Origin: Hemiscyllium ocellatum
Taxonomy: Eukaryota
Reading direction: 5' to 3'
Assembly (NCBI RefSeq): GCF_020745735.1
Contig: NC_083424.1
Location: 12,510,999 to 12,574,998, forward strand
DNA: 64,000 nt
The notes beneath the pieces were generated by a model. That model saw nothing but the letters and a program-made list of their open reading frames with translations. It was not told the origin of the DNA and did no database searches. This document shows positions 39,863 through 49,640 of the stretch, piece after piece; position 1 is the first letter of the stretch, and each line of letters starts with the position of its first letter. The translations under genes and the position numbers were made by a program.

Positions 39863-39972
39863 CTTGATAGGTCTTTGACCAGGCTCTGCAGCTGAGAGAG
39901 AAGATGATAATGCTGTTCCTGCTGCTTAGCAATATCTGCTGACTCTTTATATACTTCTACAGTTTTGTTCAT
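39863..39972 (-). CDS. DGCR6: DGCR6 coding exon 1 (110 nt)
   Basis: MNKTVEVYKESADIAKQQEQHYHLLSQLQSLVKDLS resembles human [21 protein letters not shown]. Kozak AAGATGA; donor AG|GTAGCA (phase 2). A weaker in-frame ATG lies at 39987. Too short for the ORF track. Confidence 0.9.
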
Positions 39973-40042
39973 CTTCAGATGTTTCATGAGGAAATCATCC
40001 CAGCAGTAAGATACTAGTTTCTTTCAAATAGGAATACCATTC
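39973..40042 (-). other. DGCR6: 5' UTR portion of the DGCR6 ATG exon
   Basis: Acceptor TTTCTATATCTCTGTTTTAG|G at 40043/40042. An in-frame TGA at 40026-40024 closes the reading frame upstream, so any upstream exon is non-coding. Confidence 0.65.
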
Positions 40043-40931
40043 CTAAAACAGAGATATAGAAATAATTTCTAGTGTTGTCAAGAGCACATGGTCAAAGACT
40101 TCATTGTTAATTTTTACAAGAATAGATTTTTCTCTTTTTTAATTTAACATATTTGACAACTACATATTTGCACTCTTATTGCATGTAGAAGTGAATTGCC
40201 TTACTAATCCTTCTATGGCCCAAAAATTGTAATGCAGAGACCAAAGGAGAATATACTTTTAGTTCAAAACACCCGGTTTTCTATCCGCACCACCTCCTAC
40301 CTTAACTAAATTACCAAGTTAACTATCACATCACCATTTAAGCCACATGCCACCCATACAATGAAAATTATTAGCTGTTCCCCTTGTCACTCACTTCTGA
40401 AACTGCAAACTAAAGTTCACATTGAAAGAGAGAACAACTGTACTTCACATCAGGGCAGCATTCAATCAGAAACAATAATGAGTTCAAGCAAAATTGAAGG
40501 AGATAGACCAAAGAGGGAAAATCACTCCAAGGCTGGAGTTACACCAGACACATGGGTAAATAACAAATCAAAAAATCTGACATCATAGTGAGGGATTGGT
40601 TCTTCATTACTTGAAACTTCAGTAGAGATGTTTTATTGGCTGTAATATTAAGTTTGGTTGCAAAATGGAAATGTAATTCTTTTCACCATTTGCCAGATGA
40701 GACTTGAATTCCTATGGGCCTGACAATTTATTATAAAAATTGCATCATGTGTACATGCTGGCCATTACAGTACTCAAAATCTAAGCAAGGTGCATAAACT
40801 GCAACTCCTCTACAATGCAAATGGATCAGACGCAGAAGCAAAGTTAGGCCACTCAGCCCATTAAAAGCAGACTCTGAGATCATGACTAATCCTCAACTTC
40901 ACTTACACCACAACTCAATTCCTTTACTAAT

Positions 40932-41090
40932 GGTAGCAAGTTGTGAGAAGATTTGTAGCTCAGGTTGAGGTTCTGGATGTAAGTTTGATTGGACCACCAG
41001 CACTTCATCCGGAGGCTCACTGATGACGTTACCTAGTATGGTGACGAAACATCTGAATCCAAACCTCAGCAAGCAAACCTACATCTAGAT
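40932..41090. mobile_element. Short Poseidon-type Penelope insertion with inverted end
   Basis: Shares GAGAAGATTTGTAGCT...GAGGTT(C/T)TGGATGTA with 24916-24960. Hammerhead motif on plus; TSD TCCTTTAC(T/C)AAT at 40920-40931 and 41090-41101. Confidence 0.7.
41017..41056 (+). ncRNA. Hammerhead motif of the second (Poseidon-type) family
   Basis: UCA-CUGAUGA-C-GUUACC-UAGUAU-GGUGAC-GAAACAUC-UGA: 6-bp stem II, 3-bp stem I, ACGU decayed to ACAU. Confidence 0.55.
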
Positions 41091-41252
41091 CCTTTACCAA
41101 TTTAAAAAAAAAGTCAGTCTTGAATATGCTTCACAAGTCAGCCTCAAAAGCCCTCAGCAGGAAAGAATATCACAATCCTCAAGAAATTCCTCCTCAGGCC
41201 TCTCCTAACTAGGCAACCCCTTACCCATTTGGTTCTAAACTCTCCCACAAGG

Positions 41253-41459
41253 AGAGCTGAAAATGTGTTGCTGGAAAAGCGCAGGAGGTCAGGCAGCATC
41301 CAAGGAGCAGGAGAATCGACGTTTCGGGCATGAGCCTGAAGAAGGGCTCATGCACGAAATATTGATTCTCCTGCTCCTTGGATGCTGCCCGACCTGCTGC
41401 GCTTGTTAAGCAACACATTTTCAGCTCTGATATCCAGCATCTGCAGTCCTCACTTTCTC
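41253..41459. mobile_element. Hairpin Penelope-derived mini-element, nested in an old CR1 fragment
   Basis: Inverted tails joined within the hammerhead. TSD CTCTCCCACAAGG at 41240-41252 and 41460-41472. Confidence 0.85.
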
Positions 41460-42384
41460 CTCTCCCACAAGGGGAAACAATCTTTCCATATCTACCCTGT
41501 CAAGTCACTTAAGAATTCTGCACGTTTCAATAGGTCACCTCAAATTCCAATGGGTACAGGTCCAACCCTACACAGTCTTGTTTCGAGACTCATTACAGTG
41601 CACAAACTAGCTGTCCTTATCCTGACATCACGCCAGCAAATCCACTTCAGAAAGAGAGTTATGGAGTACTTCGGGATATCCCAATATTGTGAAAGGCACT
41701 ATATAAACAAAAGTTCTTTCACTTGATAAACCATTACTTACAACTGGCACAGGCAAGGCAAGCTGTATCACCAATAGCCTTCACATGATCTATAGTCTGG
41801 AATTCTTAAAAACTGAGGAACTGGATTTACCCAATACATTAGTAAACAATAAATACTTTGGATTTAGGGTTACCACTCTGGTTACATGCAGTCCTGGGAT
41901 TTAACCCACTCAAAATGATTCTCTCTCTATCTCAGGACCATGTGACAATAACAAAATCACATCAGGACCTGCTACCACCCCTAGCCAGTCAAACAGCCTT
42001 ATTTCCTACTCCACCACTAATACTTTAAATTTATAGTGTTTAAAAGAGCATTTTGAAAAGGCCACGGTTCCTGTTTTCTCTATTAGCAGCGTTTACAATA
42101 TGAAGCAGAACGGGAGGAGACAACAGAGCAATCCAGGAGGGTTAGCAACAGATTCCTGATTAAAATGACTCTGCTCAATACTAGTACAAGTCACACAATG
42201 CAAACTAAATCAAAATTAAAAACATGTCACCATCCCGCACCCAGACTCAATCCTTAAATAATACAGCAACATAAAGACGGAGTTATACCACAAAGTGAAT
42301 ACTTTCCGCTTTCACACAAAGGAGAACATCGCTCAACAGAAGTCACATTGATTGTGTCAAAGTCAGAATTTGTTTTTGGTTTGA

Positions 42385-42860
42385 AAACCCGCAGCTAATC
42401 GATATACGCCAGAGATATTTGGAAGGACACCCTGTGTCGGGCCGCAATCCTAACGGATTTAACCGTCTGTCTCTCCCCTCGCCTCGCTACTTCCGCCATC
42501 TTGGGTGTGGCGTCTCCGCCAGGCTTTTCACCGCGTCCCCCAACTTCCGCCATTTTGAGTGTGGCGCCTCCGCCGGGCTTTTCACCGCGTCCGCCATCTT
42601 GAGTGTGGCGCCTCTGCAAAGCTTTCACACCGCGTCTTTCAACTTCCGCCATTTTCGGTGTGGCGCCTCCGCTGGACTTTCACAGCGCGTCTTTCAAAGT
42701 CTACCATCTTGAGAGTGGCGCGATCACGTGATGTTAGCCTGAGGAGGCCCCCAATGGTTCATGTGGGAAGATGGATCTAAATTGAAGGGAAAGGGGAGGG
42801 TGAGGGAATAACCTGGAGATGAAGAAAGTTTATTTTTTCAGAGACTGCGGGCCGTGAAAG
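42385..42860. promoter_or_regulatory. CpG-island promoter of DGCR6, possibly bidirectional
   Basis: Dense CpG. Repeated YY1 (AAGATGGCGG on minus) and ETS (CGGAAGT) motifs, palindromic E-box ATCACGTGAT (42723-42732), CCAAT (42751-42755). Lies about 2.4 kb upstream of the DGCR6 ATG exon. Confidence 0.75.
42489..42720. repeat. ~55-bp tandem repeat, about 4.4 units, five CCAT(C/T)TT cores
   Basis: Unit approximately ACTTCCGCCAT(C/T)TTGAGTGTGGCGCCTCCGCCGGGCTTTTCACCGCGTCTTTCA. CCAT at 42496, 42550, 42594, 42649, 42704 (spacings 54, 44, 55, 55). Confidence 0.93.
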
Positions 42861-44539
42861 GGAGTTTTCATATAGAGTTGGCTGAGTTGCAGTTATTATT
42901 AATGAACCTACTCAGATATGTTATTGCATAACTACCATTGCATCACAAGAATCCATTGGTTGAGGTGAATTTTTGCTCTAAAGGATATAAGTAAAGGGTA
43001 TAATTGTAAAGGCAATGTCTGGGGTTATTTATAGGCACAAGAATAGGCCATTCAGCCCATTGATCCTGCCCCTCCATTCAATATGATGACGGCTGAACAA
43101 ACACTTCAATCCCTTTAAACCCATTCCATAATTCTGAATGTCACTAGTAATCAGAAATCTGTCAACCTCAAACATCCTCAAAACACTGAGCTTCCACCGT
43201 CTTGTGTACTATCAAATTCCAAAGGTTCACAACTCTCTGAGTAAAATTATTTCGGTCCTTAGTGGCATCTCCCTTATTTTAAAATTATGCTCCCTGGTTC
43301 TACGCTCTCCAAAAACTGCACAACTCATTGAAAGTGACAGGACAGATTGAGAAGGTGTTTCATATTCCATACGGTGCTTTCTCAATAGAGGCATTGAAAA
43401 GCAACGGAGCTGGGTTAAAATTGTAGAAAATACTGCTCTCAGCTGGAGTATTGTATCCATGTCTGGACACCATACTTTAGGAAAGATATAAAGACAGTGA
43501 GAGTGCAGTAAAGGTTCCTTCAGTCACATAGATTGGAAAAGTTGGGACTTTCTTTTAGAGAAGGTTCAAGGGAGATTTTATAAAGCTACTCAAAGACATG
43601 AGCATTTGGCAGTTTAGTTAGGGACAAAATCCCATTGATAGTAGGATTAAGGACAAGAGGGTACAATCTGGAATGAGCTGCATGGTGGAAGCTGGCTCAA
43701 TCGATATTCAAGTGGGAATTAGATTATTATCTGAAAAGAATGCAGCACTTTGGAGAAAGTTCCTCAGATGTGATGATTTGATGGCCTCCTGTGCTGAAAC
43801 CATTCTATGGTGCTGAAACAGTAGGCTGGATGGGTGAGGGCCGAGCATCAAGTTTAAGCTGCAATTAGTTTTACTGAGCAAGTGCAAATCCCCAGAAGCA
43901 AAGCAATCCCTTCCACATTTGTAAGGTTTAAGATGATTAGTCCACTTTGTTTCTGGAGGAAACATTTCTCACTAATGAGCAGGATTGCTTGCTTCTGTTG
44001 TAAGTGCAACCTTTACCTGGAGGTTGGCTACTCTCCACCCCCGAGGCTCCTGATGAAGGGCTTTGGCCCAAAACGTCGATTTTCCTACATCTTGGATGCT
44101 GCCAGACCTGCTGTCCTTTTCCAGCACTACTCTAATCTTGACTCTAGTCTCCAGCATCTGCAGTACCCACTTTCACCATGTCAGGGCCCTTGTTTGCCCT
44201 AACCTTGTTTAGTAAAGATCACACTGATTGTGACTGAGGCTGAACAGCCTACTGTTGTTTTTATGTGAGTTGGAGGATAGCAGCGGTTGAGGGTACTGTA
44301 CAATGCAAGCTGTTCTGTTGCACCTGATTTATTCTACCATTTGTAAATCTTTCATCTGGTAGGAACAGGAGTAGACCATTCAGACTATTGAGTCTGCTTT
44401 TAAAAGCACTTTGATTTTTATTTACAATACCTGTTCCGTTCTTTGGACACCATTTGCAGCAGGAGACCTAGGTTCAGATTCTACCTGTACCAGAGATGTG
44501 TAATAATATCTCTGAACAGGATGATAAGAATATGTCTTT

Positions 44540-44842
44540 GGTGGCACAGTGGCTCAGCACTGCTGCCTCAAAGCGCCAGGCTCCCAGATTTGATTCTCAG
44601 CCTTGGGTGACTGTCTGTATGGAGTTTGCACATTATCCCTGTGTCTGTGTGGGTTTCCTCTGGGTGCTCTGGTTTCCTCCTATAGTCCAAAGATGTGCAG
44701 GTCATGTGAATTGGCCGTGCTAAATTGTCCATGGTGTTAGGTGCATTAGTCAAGAGGGGGGAGGGTGGGTTACTCTTCAGAGGGTCGGTGTGGACTTGTT
44801 GGGCCGAAGGGCGTGTTTCCACACTGTAGGGAAACTAATCTA
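44540..44842 (+). mobile_element. HE1/V-SINE-like SINE
   Basis: Full-length family member; a Penelope insertion landed in its tail. Confidence 0.88.
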
Positions 44843-44850
44843 AGGAGTAT

Positions 44851-45660
44851 GTTGTTGTTCTGTTCGCCGAGCTGGGAATTTGTGTTGCAGATGTTTTGTC
44901 CTCTGTCTAGGTGACATCCTCAGTGCTTGGGAGCCTCCTGTGAAGTGCTTCTGTGATCTTCCCTCCAGCATTTATAGTGGTTTGAATCTGCCGCTTCCGG
45001 TTGTCAGTTCCAGCTGTCCGTTGCAGTGGCCGGTATATGTGCTTATTGATTGAATCTGTGGATGAGTGCCATGCCTCTAGGAATTCCCTAGCTGTTCTCT
45101 GTTTGGCTTGTCCTATAATAGTAGTGTTGTCCCAGTCGAATTCATGTTGTTTGTCATCTGCGTGTGTGGCTACTAAGGATAGCTGGTCATGTCATTTCGT
45201 GGCTAGTTGGTGTTCATGGATGCGGATCGTTAGCTGTCTTCCTGTTTGTCCTGTGTAGTGTTTTGTGCAATCCTTGCATGCAAAACCAATGTAGTGTACA
45301 AAATGACAAGCAACATGAGTTCGACTGGGACAACACTACTATTATAGGATAAGCCAAACAGAGAACAGCTAGGGAATTCCTAGAGGCATGGCACTCATCC
45401 ACAGATTCATTCAATAAGCACATCGACCTGGACCCAATATACTGGCCACTGCAGCGGACAGCTGGAACTGACAACCGGAAGCAGCAGATACAAATCACTA
45501 TAAATGCCGGAGGAAAGATCACAGAAGCGCTTCACAGAAGGCTTCCAAGCATTGAGGATGTCACCTAGACAGGGGATGAAATGTCTGCAACACAAATTCC
45601 CAGCTCGGCAAACAGAACCACAACAACGAGCACCCGAACTACAAATCTTCTCCCAAACTC
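44851..45660. mobile_element. Penelope-like element (Poseidon-type) with inverted 3' ends and TSD
   Basis: Minus arm encodes CKDCTKHYTGQTGRQLTIRIHEH...HEFDWDNTTIIG. Plus arm encodes KTNVVYK and then DKQHEFDWDNTTIIG*AKQRTAREFLEAWH. TSD TCTAAGGAGTAT at 44839-44850 and 45659-45670. Confidence 0.88.
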
Positions 45661-45885
45661 TAAGGAGTATCTTTAAGGGAATAGAACTGGAAGAGCTTTT
45701 CTGGTGACATCCCCAAAATACATCACCACGCACATATCTGGATTAAACTTCATTTGCCAGTAAGATCACGACTGATCAGTTTGTGTTCCAAATTGCACAT
45801 TTATCTATCCTTGGAAACTCCCAATAATTTGACAGTAGCAAATAAAAGTGCTCCCCATACATTGAAATTCCCAGAAAATACTTAG

Positions 45886-46071
45886 CTGAAAATGTGTTGC
45901 TGGTCAAAGCACAGCAGGCCAGGCAGCATCTCAGGAATAGGGAATCCTGATGAAGGGCTTATGCTCGAAACGTCGAATTCCCTATTCCTGAGATGCTGCC
46001 TGGCCTGCTGTGCTTTGACCAGCAACACATTTTCAGCTGTGATCTCCAGCATCTGCAGACCTCATTTTTTA
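45886..46071 (+). mobile_element. Young hairpin Penelope-derived mini-element
   Basis: Perfect 62-bp inverted repeat (45884-45945 and 45977-46038) around an intact hammerhead core. TSD CCAGAAAATACTTAG at 45871-45885 and 46072-46086. Confidence 0.9.
45941..45982 (+). ncRNA. Minimal type-I hammerhead ribozyme motif (PLE-associated)
   Basis: CUGAUGA (45947-45953), extra A, stem II GGGC-UUAU-GCUC, GAA, palindromic ACGU, C17 at 45974. Stem I comes from the flanking inverted repeat. Activity untested. Confidence 0.65.
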
Positions 46072-46429
46072 CCAGAAAATACTTAGACCCAGAGGACAAG
46101 GAGAGTAGCTGTAATAAATTCGCCTTTAAAGGGACGAGAGAAGGCAGCATCAGATGAAAAATTCTCGGGTTGATTTTATTTCCTTTTCTGGAGTTTACAG
46201 TAAATGATAAGTGTATTTTATTTGAAAAGTTTGAAATGATTACAGACACTGGCCGAAGTGGGGAACAGCTGTCTTTAATTCAAAAATATACTTGATTCAT
46301 AAATAGAAAATAGATATACCCTTACAAAGACATGAGAGCAGTTCGGTTCTGTACAGTAGGAGATGAAGAAAACAAATAAATGCTGAGGTTTGATGGAGGA
46401 ACAGCGCTTTTGGAAACATCTCTGTTCAC

Positions 46430-46805
46430 CAGTTCGAAAATCCACCTTCTCTCCTTCCTCTCTGTTACTGGGAGGTCAGGTAAACCAACTCATGGTTACT
46501 ATAGAGCTGCCACAACTGGTTAGGGAACAACCCTCTAGAAGGTGTGGCTGGTCTCGAAGGGAGGGAGCAGACGACTGCATAGATTAAATGAGCTTTGCAA
46601 CGCAAAACAGCAAGCGACACCGAACAGGAAGAAGAGTTCAGATATCCGTGAGGAGGTCTTTTCTTGATGTTCCATTAATCGGGAGTTGTGATGCATTCTG
46701 CAAGGAGATGAGTGTCTGGCCACTCGGACATAGTCTTTTTCTTTGTCCTGAAATTTCCATGGAATCCGACCGTCTTTAAAACTTGCATGAAGCCCTTGGT
46801 CGTAA
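46430..46805 (+). promoter_or_regulatory. CpG-enriched HPS4 promoter / 5' UTR
   Basis: Elevated CpG immediately upstream of the HPS4 ATG. A ZNF143/SBS-like composite (minus strand TGCAGAATGCATCACAACTCCCG) lies at about 46680-46702. Confidence 0.45.
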
Positions 46806-46846
46806 ATGGCCACCGCGACTGATACAGAACAGAAAGCTACAACATG
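46806..46846 (+). CDS. HPS4: HPS4 (BLOC-3 subunit) first coding exon (41 nt)
   Basis: ATG GCC ACC GCG ACT GAT ACA GAA CAG AAA GCT ACA ACA TG|GTAAGC = MATATDTEQKATT(W), compared with recalled human MATSTSTEAKSASW. The phase-2 donor joins the G of the next exon to give TGG. Confidence 0.88.
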
Positions 46847-48659
46847 GTAAGCAATGGTTCAGACCGAAAGTATTTGGATTCGCATCTATTAAGGTCATTC
46901 ATTGTGCTATCTGCTCTGGCGTTCCACTGTATCCTGTTAGTCCTGCAGTCAGCTGCTTGCTGCCAGTCCATCTGACTCCCAGCTATTGCCATGTCTCTTA
47001 GATTCGCTGCAATGCTTTATACTGTAAAGGGTTCGACCTGGTTTAATTATGTGAAGTATCCAGCAACTACGTGTTTACATTTAACATGAAGCTGCCCCAA
47101 GATGCTTCAACAAAAAAATGCATGTTCAGAATATTGCTATTGACTTGTGCTGTGAACTTGATTTGTAAGTGGCATCTTAAAACAAAGGAAAGAGGGATAG
47201 TGAGGTTCAGGGAGGGAGTTCGGCAGCTTAGGACCCTGCTAGATGAAGACCAATCCTTTCTACTTTTAAAGGGTAACCACTGCTGAGAAAGTGGTATACA
47301 TAAAAATAAAGAGCCCCTCCCACTTTATCATCAATGTAACCACACTGTGTGTAATAGGATGCCATGACCTGAAGTACCTTGAGGTGTTGTAATTGAACTT
47401 GTAACTGAATGATGCTCTTGAGAAATATATTTCAGTAAGGTGCCACTATGCTGCTGTTTGGATTTGAAGTTCTTATGCATTGTATATTCTTTTGAGGGTT
47501 TTACTCTCCATTTTACTTCAAAAACAGTTTATTCCCTGCTGTTGTCAGACTTTTGAACAACCCTCTCCTATATTAGAGTTGATCTTTCTTTGCATCTTCA
47601 CTGTAACTGTAATGCTATATATTCTGCATTCTTATTTTATCACCCTGATGTACTTGTGTAATGTATGATTCTCATAATAATATCAAATAATAGAAGATAC
47701 CCGAGCTCAGGTTTCCCATTAAATCTCACTTTCTCTCTTTCTCACTCGCTCTCACTTATTTTTAAAAGCCCTCCATTTTGAACAAACTTTCACTTGCTTT
47801 TGTTATCTGTTTCTTTGGTCCGGTCCCTATTACTTTCGTGCATAAACACCTGTAATTGGTGTTTTGACCGTGTTTGTGACTGCATGATATGTATGAATGC
47901 AATACTATAGTTGCTACCATGGATAAGTTCAAAAATGTTTGTAAGTTAAAATCATGCCTATATTGTGCACACATGCATAATGCCACATATTATTTGATGT
48001 GCTGTTACTAACACTGGGTGGGCTGGTTGCTTGCTAAGAGTTTATTTTGATCCTGGTGTTTTTTAAAAAATTAGCTACCATAGCCGCATTATGATTTGAG
48101 TGAAACTGAAGTGTAACACCCTTTATAATAAAACAAATCAAGACTTCTTAAATCATAAGAATTGTCATATTAAGGAAAAGCACCTTACTATAGATGCTGA
48201 AAATGTGAAGCATTAACTAAAGATTGGAAATAAACAGCAAGCTAGGCAGGACTTGCTGTAAAGAGAAACAGAATCATACAGCACCCTTTGGTCTAACTAA
48301 TGCCTGATGAAGGGCTTATGCCCAAAATATCGATTCTCCTGCTCCTCAGATTCTGCCTGACTTGATGTGCTTTTCCAGCACCACACTCTCAACCCCCAGT
48401 TTATGCATGTCAAGTTTCCCAAACTAAACTAGTCTCATTTGCCTGCATTTGGCCCATATTCCTATAAACCTTTCCTATTCAAGTACCTGTCCAAATGTCT
48501 TTTAAAATGTTGTAACTGTCCCTGCACCTACCACTTCCTGTGGCAGTTCATTCCACACATGAACCACCCTCTTTGAGAAAAAATTGCCCCACCAATCCCT
48601 TTTTAAATCTTTCTCCTCTCACCTTAAAATTATGCTTCGAGTTTTGAATTCCCCACACC

Positions 48660-48820
48660 CAGGAACATCAATATTTCGGGCTGGAGCCCTTCATCATTTC
48701 CTGATGAAGGGCTCCAGCCTGAAATGTCAATTTTCCTGCTCCTCCGACGCGGCCTGACCTGTGTTTTTCCAGCACCACACTGTCAACTCTCATCTCCAGC
48801 ATCTGCAGACCTCACTGTCT
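48660..48820. mobile_element. Penelope tail with head-to-head pair of hammerhead motifs
   Basis: TTTCGGGCTGGAGCCCTTCATCA-TTTC-CTGATGAAGGGCTCCAGCCTGAAATGTC followed by the family tail, inserted in a CR1 remnant. Confidence 0.75.
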
Positions 48821-49129
48821 TCTTCTTTATCAATCTGTCCACCTGTGAAACAACTTGCAATGAATAATGTTCTTGAAACCCCTAGGTCTCTCTGTTCTAC
48901 AACACTCCCAGGGCCTGACCATTAACTGTGTAAGTCCTGTCCTTATTTGCCTTTCCAAAATCCAACACCTCACATTTAGCTAAATTAAACTCCATCGGCC
49001 ACTCCTTGGCCCAATTGATCAAGATCCCTTTGTAATCTTTGATAATATTAAATAGGTAACATTTCATATGAATTACATCACTTCAACTAGTTCCACAGGT
49101 GCTGATTAATATTTTAGAAAGTAAGTAAG

Positions 49130-49640
49130 AAAGAAAGATGTGCATTTATCTAGAGGGTTTTGTTACAGTAATATTTAAATTGATTTGCTGCCAATGACAT
49201 GCTTTGAAGCATTGTCGCTGCTGTAACATGAGAAAAGCAGAAGTGATTTTGCACTCAGCATGTCCAAAGAAAATGTAATGAGATAATGATCAGATAACTT
49301 GTTTTTTGTTATATTAGTTAAAGGATAAATGTTGGTCTGAATTGAATTGAATTTGAATTTATTGTCACGTGTACCAAGGCACAGTGAGAAGCTTTGTCTT
49401 GTGAGCAATACAGGCAGATCACAGAGTTAAGTAGCATAGATAAGAAATTAATAGGTAAACAGCGGCAAAAACCAAAACACCGCCTAGAGAACTCCTTGGC
49501 TATTTTAAAATAGTGGTTAGGGATTCTTTGCATCCATCTAAGAGAGCAGGTGGAGGGGCCTCGGTTTAATGCCACATTAAAGAGATGGAATTACCAACAA
49601 TGCAGCAGTCCCTCTGCACTGAACAAATATCATTTTGGAT
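49130..49640 (-). mobile_element. Ancient Deu-domain-type SINE remnant with a LINE tail inserted at about 49340-49485
   Basis: Minus strand resembles the recalled Deu core (...GAGGCCCC...CTGCTCTCTTAGATGGATGCAAAGAATCCC...TTATCTGATCATTATCTCATT). Related remnants at about 39290-39560 and 54990-55200. Confidence 0.5.

Noticed and set aside
42395-42652. MAEV-repeat ORF as a true N-terminal exon of DGCR6 or a new gene
   Set aside because: It is produced by the promoter repeat, and an in-frame stop at 40026-40024 prevents fusion to the DGCR6 frame. Kept only as a possible uORF.
42489-42720. CRISPR-like array
   Set aside because: Units are repeated along their whole length with no unique spacers, the context is eukaryotic and there are no cas genes.
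46270-46420. Possible Tx1-like LINE 3' tail on the minus strand
   Set aside because: The resemblance (TTTATGAATCAAGTATATTTTTG) is from memory only, and no convincing TSD or coding remnant was found.
46841-46852. ATG-only first exon (alpha-tubulin-like ATG|GTAAG)
   Set aside because: The upstream ATG at 46806 gives an HPS4-like N-terminus with the right phase, and no tubulin exon follows.
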